Assembly: GCA_963786935.1 (NCBI GenBank)
Contig: CAWBAN010000001.1
Location: 224,001 to 288,000, forward strand
Source: an uncultured bacterium
GTDB taxonomy: Bacteria; Krumholzibacteriota; Krumholzibacteriia; Krumholzibacteriales; Krumholzibacteriaceae
DNA length: 64,000 nt
Direction of reading: 5' to 3'
The notes under the pieces are model-generated. The model did not search any database and was not told the DNA's origin. It saw nothing but the letters and a program-made list of their open reading frames with translations. This document shows, piece by piece, positions 57,508-64,000 of this stretch; the first letter of the stretch is position 1; each line of letters begins with the position of its first letter. The translations under genes and the position numbers were made by a program.

Positions 57508-58290
57508 TCAACGTCGGGCCAGCCGGTCGGGGCGCATCAGGGCGACCGTCCAGTGCCGTCCCGTGACGCCGCCGTCGCGCCGGTGCGAATAGAAGAGCGA
57601 AGGGGTGCATGCCGTGCAGAGCCGCGACGAAAAGACGTTCCGGCTCCTGATGCCGTTCGCGACGAGGTCGCGGCGTATGAACGCGGCGAGGTCGAGACGC
57701 CATCGTCCGCCCCCGTAGCGCCTGACCTCCTTCGGGAAGCGGAGCGCGTCCTCGCGGGAGACGGTGTAGCATTCTCCGCAGACGCCGGGCCCGACGACGG
57801 CGATCGCGTACGCCGGATCGATCCGGAACCGCTCGCGCAGCAGATCGACGGCCCGTCCGACGATTCCCCCCTCGGCCCCCCGCCTACCGACGTGCAGCGC
57901 CGCGAGCGCGCGCTCCGGAGGGGAGTAGATCACGACGGAGTAGCAATCGGCCGTGCTGATGGCGAGCGCGAGGCCGCGTTTCGCCGTTGCGAAGCCGTCG
58001 AATCCGGGGTAATGTCCGCCCCTCGTCACGACGGCGATCTCGGTGCCGTGAATCTGCCCGGTGCGGGCGAGGGATCGGGGGGCGATCCCGAGCGTCTCGA
58101 GGAGCAATGCCCTGTTGCGCCGGATGTTATCGGGACGGTCTCCGAGCGTCCCTCCGAGATTGAGCGAATCGAACGGAGGGAGGCTCGCGCCGCCGCTCCG
58201 CGTCGTGACGAAGACCTCGAGATCCGGGGCGATCGCCTTGAGAGCGGGATAGGTGCCGAGCGTGAGTCCTGCGCGCGTGATCCATTCCAT
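57508..58290 (-). CDS. pgeF: Peptidoglycan editing factor PgeF / YfiH (laccase-domain) protein
   Basis: TTR.GG, SLNLG, QIHG, TADC, LHVGRRG, GP, CTAC..FYSHRR..TGRH. Confidence 0.88.
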   Translation of the reverse strand: MEWITRAGLTLGTYPALKAIAPDLEVFVTTRSGGASLPPFDSLNLGGTLGDRPDNIRRNRALLLETLGIAPRSLARTGQIHGTEIAVVTRGGHYPGFDGFATAKRGLALAISTADCYSVVIYSPPERALAALHVGRRGAEGGIVGRAVDLLRERFRIDPAYAIAVVGPGVCGECYTVSREDALRFPKEVRRYGGGRWRLDLAAFIRRDLVANGIRSRNVFSSRLCTACTPSLFYSHRRDGGVTGRHWTVALMRPDRLARR

Positions 58291-58368
58291 ATTTGTCCTG
58301 TTGACAACCGGCGACCGGATAAGGATAGCTTATCGCATGATCTTTTCAAGAAATGTCGGAGGCGTCTC

Positions 58369-59538
58369 ATGAAATATTTCGAAGGATACCGCTGCTCGTC
58401 GTGCGGCCGCGAGATCCCCGCCGGTTCCGCCGCCGGGGAATGCCCCGCCTGCGCCGGCCCGCTCCTCTGCGTCTATGACCTCGCGGCCCTGCGGAGGAGC
58501 GCGGCGGGGCGGACCGCGTCCGCGGCGCGGCCGGAGGGGGGAGTCTGGCGCTACGGAGATCTGCTCCCCCGCTTCGCGCGGCGCATCACGCTCGGGGAGG
58601 GGGCGACGCCCCTGATTCGCGCGGATCGTCTCGGCGAGACGATCGGGGCGCGCGATCTCTACATCAAGGACGAATCGTCGAATCCAACCGGCTCGTTCAA
58701 GGCGCGCGGGATGGCGGTCGCCGTCTCGCGGCTCGCGGAGCTCGGCGTGAAGAAGGCGTACGTGCCCTCGGCCGGCAACGCGGGGCTCGCGCTCGCGGCC
58801 TACGGCGCGGCCGCGGGCATCCCGAGCCATATCTTCATCCCGTCGGAAACGCCCGCGGGAGTCGCCGAGGAGTGTGCCCTCTACGGCGCCGAGGTCACCG
58901 TCGTCCCGGGGATTCTGCCCGACGCCGCGCGCGCCCTCGACGCGTCGGTATCGGGGGACCGGACGGGAATCGTGAGCACGTTCCGCGAGCCGTGCCGCGT
59001 CGAGGGAAAGAAGACGATCGTCTTCGAGATCGAGGACGAGATCGAACCCGATTGGATCGTGTTTCCCACGGGAGGGGGTACCGGCATCGTCGCGTTCTGG
59101 AAGGCGTATCGGGAGCTCGAAGCGCTCGGACGGCTCCGGCGCCCGATGCCGCGTCTCGTCGCGGTGCAGGCGGAGGGCTGCGCGCCGCTCGTCAAGGCCT
59201 TCGCGGAGGGGGCGGAGCGCGCCGTTCCGTGGAACGATCCCGTCACGATCGCCTCGGGAATCCGCGTCCCGTCGTCGCGGGCGGACGCGCTCATCCTCCG
59301 ATCGCTCCGCGAGAGCGGGGGAACGGCCGTCTCGGTGGCGGACGCGGAGATCATCGACGCCGTGGGGGAGATCGCGCGCGCGACCGGGATATTCGCCTCG
59401 CCCGAGGGCGCGGCGACGTGGGCGGGACTCAAGCGGCTCGTGCGGGAGAATACGGTGAGCCCCTCCGCGCGCATCGTGATCGTCAATACAGCGGGAGGGG
59501 CTCGATATCGTTTCCTGCTCGATTCGCGCGGGCTCTGA
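58369..59538 (+). CDS. thrC: Threonine synthase (fold-type II PLP enzyme)
   Basis: N-terminal CxxC..CxxC, LGEGATPL, KDESSNPTGSFKARG, SAGNAG, EGKKT, PTGGG, SPEGAA. Confidence 0.8.
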   Translation: MKYFEGYRCSSCGREIPAGSAAGECPACAGPLLCVYDLAALRRSAAGRTASAARPEGGVWRYGDLLPRFARRITLGEGATPLIRADRLGETIGARDLYIKDESSNPTGSFKARGMAVAVSRLAELGVKKAYVPSAGNAGLALAAYGAAAGIPSHIFIPSETPAGVAEECALYGAEVTVVPGILPDAARALDASVSGDRTGIVSTFREPCRVEGKKTIVFEIEDEIEPDWIVFPTGGGTGIVAFWKAYRELEALGRLRRPMPRLVAVQAEGCAPLVKAFAEGAERAVPWNDPVTIASGIRVPSSRADALILRSLRESGGTAVSVADAEIIDAVGEIARATGIFASPEGAATWAGLKRLVRENTVSPSARIVIVNTAGGARYRFLLDSRGL

Positions 59539-61287
59539 TCAGCGGCGGTGGCCCGATCCTCCACCCGAGGAACGCGGGCTCGATCCCCCTGACGAGCCGT
59601 GACCCGACGAGCCCCCTGACGACCGTGCGGGAGCGCCGGACGACCGGGCGGGGGACGAATGAGAGCCGCTTCCCGATGAGCCGCGATCGATGCTGCGCGA
59701 TCTCTCGGGCGTCGAGGATCCGGAGGATCTTTCCCGTGTCGGTTGGTTCCGGTCGACGGCCCGCTCCGACCCGCCGCTCCCCTCGCGCGTCTGCTGCTCT
59801 CTCCGCGCCGCGTCGCGATCGCGCCGCGAGTTGATTCGCTGCTGCGTTTTCGCCGACTGCTCGCGCGACGTTTCCCGCACGCCCCTGGTCCCGCTGTTCC
59901 GAAGGCTCCGGTTCAAGTCGCGGGTTTGCCGCATCGTGGAGACGGCCCGGTCGCCGCCGTGGATGACCTTGCGGTCCATCTCGCGGTTCCAGCCGGCGCT
60001 CTTTTCGCTCCGCGCATACCCGTCGTTCCCGACGCTCCGTTCAATCGATTTCCGCTGGAGATCCGAGCGCTCGAGCCTCTGGGCGACATCCCGGCCCATA
60101 TCCCCGCCCCTCGTCCCGGCGAGGCGGTTCTCGTTGACCGTGCGGGTGCGGTTGAGATCGGCGTTGGTGTTCGTATAGTTCAGGCTGCGCCTCAAGAGCT
60201 CGCGATTCTGATACACGGGGCTGCACCCATGGTCGTAGCCGTAATACGGATCGTAGTACCCACAGTAATAATCGTAGCCGCAGCCCCCGTAGGGATAGTA
60301 CGGGTAATATCCTCCGTACCAGCCCCCGTATGGATACCAGCAGTCGTAGCCCCACCACCAGCTCCATCCGAACCCCCACCCGAATCCCCACCAGAACGGA
60401 TCGTAAAAGAACATCGACGAGCCGTACGAAGCGTACGGATTGTAGTCTTCGTACGTGATCGTCATGTGCACGTCCGTGCCGCCCTCATCCTCCTCGTCGA
60501 GCCACGAATCGGCGTACGTGTCGGACGAGTAGTCGCCGCCCGTTCCCACGTGCTTGACGTCGTAGAGCGGCGGATACGGATACCGCGGCTCGTCCGCGTA
60601 GGCGATCTCCTCGATGACGATCTCGGGGCATTCCATCGCGTACGGATCGGGGAGCTTCTCCGGGCTGTGGCACTTCGCGCACAGGTACCGCGGGTATTCG
60701 ACCCGCTTGTTGACGAAGAAGCGCTCGAAGTCCGTCGCCGGCGGATCGTTCTCGGCGCCGCGGACGATCTCCCCGTCTATCGTGTTGAAGGCGAGGAAGG
60801 GATCGCTGTCGATGCGGAGCCGCTTCTCCTCGGGGAGCCGGTCGCCGCGCGCCAGAAAATAGAGCTCGTCCTCGTCGAGCCGAGCCTTATCGGCGACCGC
60901 GAGGGCGTGGATATACTCGATCCCCGTGGCCCCGCTTGTTTCCCAGACGACGTTCTTTCCCGGAGGAGGCAGGAAGCTGGTCGTGTTCGCTTTCGACAGA
61001 ACGGGACGTCCGTCCTCGGGGTAGAGGAGGCTGACGTAGCCGTTGGCGTCGATGTTGTACACGACGACGTACGCGTCCCGCGTCGTCTGGAACAGGAATC
61101 GCACTTCCTTGCCGGCCGTGTATACGCCGTCCTTCTCTCCGAGCATCGTCACGCTCACGGAGAGATCGCCGGTCACGGACGCCCCGGGCATCGATTGGCT
61201 TTTCTGGTCATCGACGGCGCCGATGCCGGTCGCGAATAGGAAGGTGCACAAGGAGGCAAGAAGGAAGAGGAATGTCGTGCGTCTCAT
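59539..61287 (-). CDS. Secreted DUF4384-like domain protein with CxxCH motif and low-complexity tail
   Basis: Signal peptide; Y..G..V.F......AYV.VYNID..G.VSLLYP; YLCAKCH; Y/W/G-rich block; R/S/G-rich C-terminus. Confidence 0.72.
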   Translation of the reverse strand: MRRTTFLFLLASLCTFLFATGIGAVDDQKSQSMPGASVTGDLSVSVTMLGEKDGVYTAGKEVRFLFQTTRDAYVVVYNIDANGYVSLLYPEDGRPVLSKANTTSFLPPPGKNVVWETSGATGIEYIHALAVADKARLDEDELYFLARGDRLPEEKRLRIDSDPFLAFNTIDGEIVRGAENDPPATDFERFFVNKRVEYPRYLCAKCHSPEKLPDPYAMECPEIVIEEIAYADEPRYPYPPLYDVKHVGTGGDYSSDTYADSWLDEEDEGGTDVHMTITYEDYNPYASYGSSMFFYDPFWWGFGWGFGWSWWWGYDCWYPYGGWYGGYYPYYPYGGCGYDYYCGYYDPYYGYDHGCSPVYQNRELLRRSLNYTNTNADLNRTRTVNENRLAGTRGGDMGRDVAQRLERSDLQRKSIERSVGNDGYARSEKSAGWNREMDRKVIHGGDRAVSTMRQTRDLNRSLRNSGTRGVRETSREQSAKTQQRINSRRDRDAARREQQTREGSGGSERAVDRNQPTRERSSGSSTPERSRSIDRGSSGSGSHSSPARSSGAPARSSGGSSGHGSSGGSSPRSSGGGSGHRR

Positions 61288-61371
61288 TGCGCTCGCTCCT
61301 TCTTCAGGGGTGGTGGTTCTTTATGTTCGCAAGAGCGCGGGCTCCGAGAGCCCGTACTCGCCCTCATTAGT

Positions 61372-61400
61372 ATTATACTTCTCCCGGACGCATTTAACAA
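61372..61400 (-). promoter_or_regulatory. sigma70-type promoter for the DUF4384 gene
   Basis: On the minus strand, TTGTTA-N17-TATAAT. Confidence 0.6.
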
Positions 61401-61557
61401 GCCAAACACCGCTTTATTTCCCGGCGCGGGGCGCTATATTTACGGGAGGCGCGGGATGCCGCCGTCCACGGCGGGATCGAGGGCGACCGGACGAGGCCGC
61501 CTTCGTAACTTCATGGAATGTTTGAGGCTAAAGCGCCGGTAATATTCTGAAACATGC

Positions 61558-61586
61558 TTGACCGCCTGCGGGCGCTATAGTAAGTT
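61558..61586 (+). promoter_or_regulatory. sigma70-type promoter for the tol operon
   Basis: TTGACC-N17-TAAGTT. Confidence 0.55.
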
Positions 61587-61616
61587 GCCCGAAGACGACA
61601 TTCAAGGAGGACGAAT

Positions 61617-62360
61617 ATGGGGTTCGACGGGCCTGTCGCGTTCCTGCAGATATCGGGGAAACTGTCCGACGTCATATTCCACGGCGGGACGGTGGGGAAC
61701 GGGATTCTCCTGATTCTGACGGTGCTCTCGGTCGTTTCCTGGACGATCATGATAGAGAAATTCCGCTACTTCAAGCGCTCGCGCCGGGAAACCGTGAGCT
61801 TCCTCGAGCGCTTCGCATCCGAGCATTCCCTGCGCGGCGTCCGGAGCCACGCCGATACGTTCGCCGCGAGCCCCGAGGCGCGCCTCGTCTCCGCCGTGGC
61901 GGCCGAGCTCGAAAAGGGGGAGATCAGGACGAGTTCCGCGCTCGACAAGCTCATCGAGGCCGAATCGATCGCCATCATGTCGTCGTGGGAAACGTACATC
62001 CAGTTCCTCGCGACGACCGCGTCGATCTCGCCGCTCCTCGGCCTCTTCGGCACCGTGTGGGGCATCATGGCCGCGTTCCTGAGCATGGGCGCGCAGGGAT
62101 CGGCGAGCCTCTTCGTCGTCGGGCCGGGAATCGCGGTGGCGCTCATCACGACGATCTTCGGGCTCGGCGCGGCGATCCCCGCCGTCGTCGGCTACAACTA
62201 CATCCAGCGCTCGATCCGGGGCAAGGAGGACGAGGTCGCGGCCTTCTCCCTGCGTTTCCGCAATCGGATCGTCGAGCGGACCTACGTCGAGCTGCACGAG
62301 GGAGCGGGGGGCTCGGCCCGCGGCGGCGACCTCGTTTCGCCGTCTCTCGGCGCGAAGTGA
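61617..62360 (+). CDS. tolQ: TolQ (MotA/TolQ/ExbB family)
   Basis: SVVSWTI..K, LATTASISPLLGLFGTVWGIM, PGIAVALITT..GL.AAIPAV; tolQRAB order. Confidence 0.9.
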   Translation: MGFDGPVAFLQISGKLSDVIFHGGTVGNGILLILTVLSVVSWTIMIEKFRYFKRSRRETVSFLERFASEHSLRGVRSHADTFAASPEARLVSAVAAELEKGEIRTSSALDKLIEAESIAIMSSWETYIQFLATTASISPLLGLFGTVWGIMAAFLSMGAQGSASLFVVGPGIAVALITTIFGLGAAIPAVVGYNYIQRSIRGKEDEVAAFSLRFRNRIVERTYVELHEGAGGSARGGDLVSPSLGAK

Positions 62361-62370
62361 GGGGGCGGCG

Positions 62371-62772
62371 ATGAGACGCACGCGATACGTGCCGCTCGCG
62401 GAGATCAACATCACGAACCTCGTCGACGTGACCATGGTGCTCCTCATCATCTTCATGCTCACGGCGCCGTTTCTCCAGGCGGGAGTGAAGCTCCGGCTCC
62501 CGAAGGCGGAAGCGAAGCAGATCGAGGAGCAGCAGGGCGTCACCGTTTCGATCGACGAGGACGGGAAGATCTTCATCGACGAGAAGGCCGTCGGATGGGA
62601 CGATTTCACCGCGGAGTTCCGCGCGGCAATCGAGGCGACGGCGCCGCGCGTCTTCCTGCGGATCGACAAGGACGTGCGGTACGAGGCGGTGCTCAGGGTG
62701 ATCGCGCGGATCAAGATGCTCGGCATCGAGGATGTCGGTCTCATCGCGGAGCAGGAAGAGAAGAGACGTTGA
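62371..62772 (+). CDS. tolR: TolR (ExbD/TolR family)
   Basis: AEINITNLVDVTMVLLIIFMLTAP. Confidence 0.9.
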   Translation: MRRTRYVPLAEINITNLVDVTMVLLIIFMLTAPFLQAGVKLRLPKAEAKQIEEQQGVTVSIDEDGKIFIDEKAVGWDDFTAEFRAAIEATAPRVFLRIDKDVRYEAVLRVIARIKMLGIEDVGLIAEQEEKRR

Positions 62773-62791
62773 AGGGGCGGGGAGGGGAAGA

Positions 62792-63464
62792 ATGAAGCTT
62801 TCCCTGGGCATTTCCGCGTGCGTTCACGCCATCGTGCTGGCCGCGCTCGTTTTTCTGTTTCAGGCGGTCCCCAATATGCGCCTCCCCGAAGGAGTCTATT
62901 CGGTCAAGATCCTCCAGCCGTTCGTCGGCTCGGGGCCGTCCGGGGCCGCGAAGGCGGAAGGCGAGAAGAAGGACGCCGTCGACGTGAAGGAGCCGAAGGA
63001 GGAGCCGAAGAAGGAAGTGGAGAAGATCCCCGTTCCGAAGAAGCCCGACGCGAAGAACAAAGGGGACGCGAAGAAGGAGACCGAAGCGAAGAAGGAAACG
63101 GCTCCGGAGAACGGGGGAGAAGGCGCTCGGGGTCACCGTCGGCGCGGGGGACGGCACCGGGATCGCCGTCGACGCGGCGAACTTCCCCTTCGGCTACTTT
63201 CTCCTGGCGATCGAGCGCCGCGTTTCGGAGAACTGGTTCTCGGCCGTATCTGAGGGAGGGACGGGGCTCACGTGCATCGTCTATTTCCGGCTCATGCGGG
63301 ACGGGAGCGTCGCCGACGCCCGCGTCGAAACGAGCTCCGGAAACGGCTACTTCGACCGGGCCGCCATGAGAGCCGTGAAGAGCGCGGCCCCGTTTCCGCC
63401 GCTCCCCCGTGCGTTCACCGACGCCTATCTCGGAATCCATTTCACATTCGTCCAGAAGGATTGA
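62792..63464 (+). CDS. tolA: TolA/TonB-like protein, frameshifted at the G5 run 63113-63117
   Basis: TM SACVH, K/E/P-rich linker; a second frame gives the C-terminal domain FPFGYFL..I..NW...FRLMRDG.V..SSGNGYFDRAAMRAV..AAPFPPLP. Confidence 0.8.
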
Positions 63465-63466
63465 GC

Positions 63467-64000
63467 ATGATTCGTCTCATGACAGCGCTCGCGATGCTCT
63501 GCGCGGCCGCCGTTCCGGCGCTCGCGCAGACCGATATCTATCTGAAGACCGAACGCGGGGGGCGCGGGAAGATCCCCATCGTCGTGAAGGATATCGAGGG
63601 CGCGACCGCGCGGGAGCGCTCCGCCGCGGCCGACGTCACCGGCGTGATCAGGAACGATCTCGATTACTCGGGTCTCTTCGAAACGATCCGTCCAACGGCC
63701 GGCTCGGGCGCGGAGGGCGCGGCGACGGTCGCGAGCGCCATCTTCGAGGGGAAGCTCTCGTCCGAGGGCGGGAGCTACGTTCTCGACGCGGTGCTCCTCG
63801 ATTTCGCGAGCAAGGAAACCATTTTCAGCAAGCGGTACCGGGTCGCCGCGGACGCGTCGAGGTCCCTCGCTCACACGGTGAGCGACGAGATCGTCTACTT
63901 CCTCGTCGGGGAGCGGGGCGTGGCGACGACCCGCATCGTTTTCAGGAAGGCCGACGGGAAGGCCAAGAATCTGTACGTCGTCGATTACGACGGACACGGC
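63467..64000 (+). CDS. tolB: Tol-Pal system protein TolB, N-terminal part (3' truncated by window edge)
   Basis: Signal peptide, IPIVV, IRNDLDYSGLF, KRY...LAHTVSDEI...GVATTRIVF...VVDYDG. Confidence 0.9.
   Translation, partial: MIRLMTALAMLCAAAVPALAQTDIYLKTERGGRGKIPIVVKDIEGATARERSAAADVTGVIRNDLDYSGLFETIRPTAGSGAEGAATVASAIFEGKLSSEGGSYVLDAVLLDFASKETIFSKRYRVAADASRSLAHTVSDEIVYFLVGERGVATTRIVFRKADGKAKNLYVVDYDGHG

Noticed and set aside
59545..59700. Short GACGA-containing repeats
   Set aside because: They encode the Ser/Gly low-complexity tail of the DUF4384-like protein and are not an independent repeat element.
1..64000. Many long alternative-frame and antisense ORFs (e.g. 6649-9333 -, 31103-33568 -, 49074-51179 -)
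   Set aside because: Arg/Ala/Pro-rich shadow ORFs expected in high-GC DNA; they overlap genes with clear family motifs.
1..64000. CRISPR array, cas genes, rRNA, prophage or transposase
   Set aside because: No regularly spaced direct repeats or recognisable cas, integrase, transposase or phage motifs were seen by eye.

Overview
High-GC bacterial chromosomal window from a diderm organism. It encodes TolC, TonB/ExbBD, Tol-Pal and several beta-barrel proteins. FlgD-Ig-tailed, GWxTD and 'WGxIK'-tailed secreted proteins suggest an FCB-associated candidate phylum such as Krumholzibacteriota or Latescibacterota (inference only). Most of the window is housekeeping or envelope genes: exbB-exbD-exbD-tonB; a TolC/MacAB(YknXYZ)-type exporter; GWxTD-dppABC-NlpC/P60; a large Tyr-rich outer-membrane protein with a structured leader; radC-mreBCD-mrdA-rodA-lgt-comF; fba-gap-pgk-tpiA-secG-tRNA-Leu(GAG); resB-ccsA; and tolQRAB. 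I saw no CRISPR array, rRNA, integrase or transposase. The most unusual elements are: (1) a peptide-type ABC uptake operon behind a sigma54-like promoter, containing a translationally coupled beta-CASP nuclease with intact motifs and an N-terminal export/anchor sequence; (2) an ECF sigma / ZAS anti-sigma / periplasmic metal-sensor cassette ending in a Spy/ZraP-like protein with a ~190-aa Cys/Met/Gly-rich tail; (3) a ~290-nt structured leader with alternative pairings; (4) a sigmaW-consensus promoter ahead of a YknXYZ-like exporter; (5) a DUF4384-like protein with a CxxCH motif. Three genes (DUF885-like, ccsA, tolA) are frameshifted at G/C homopolymers, most likely assembly errors. All family calls come from motif recognition by eye, not database searches.
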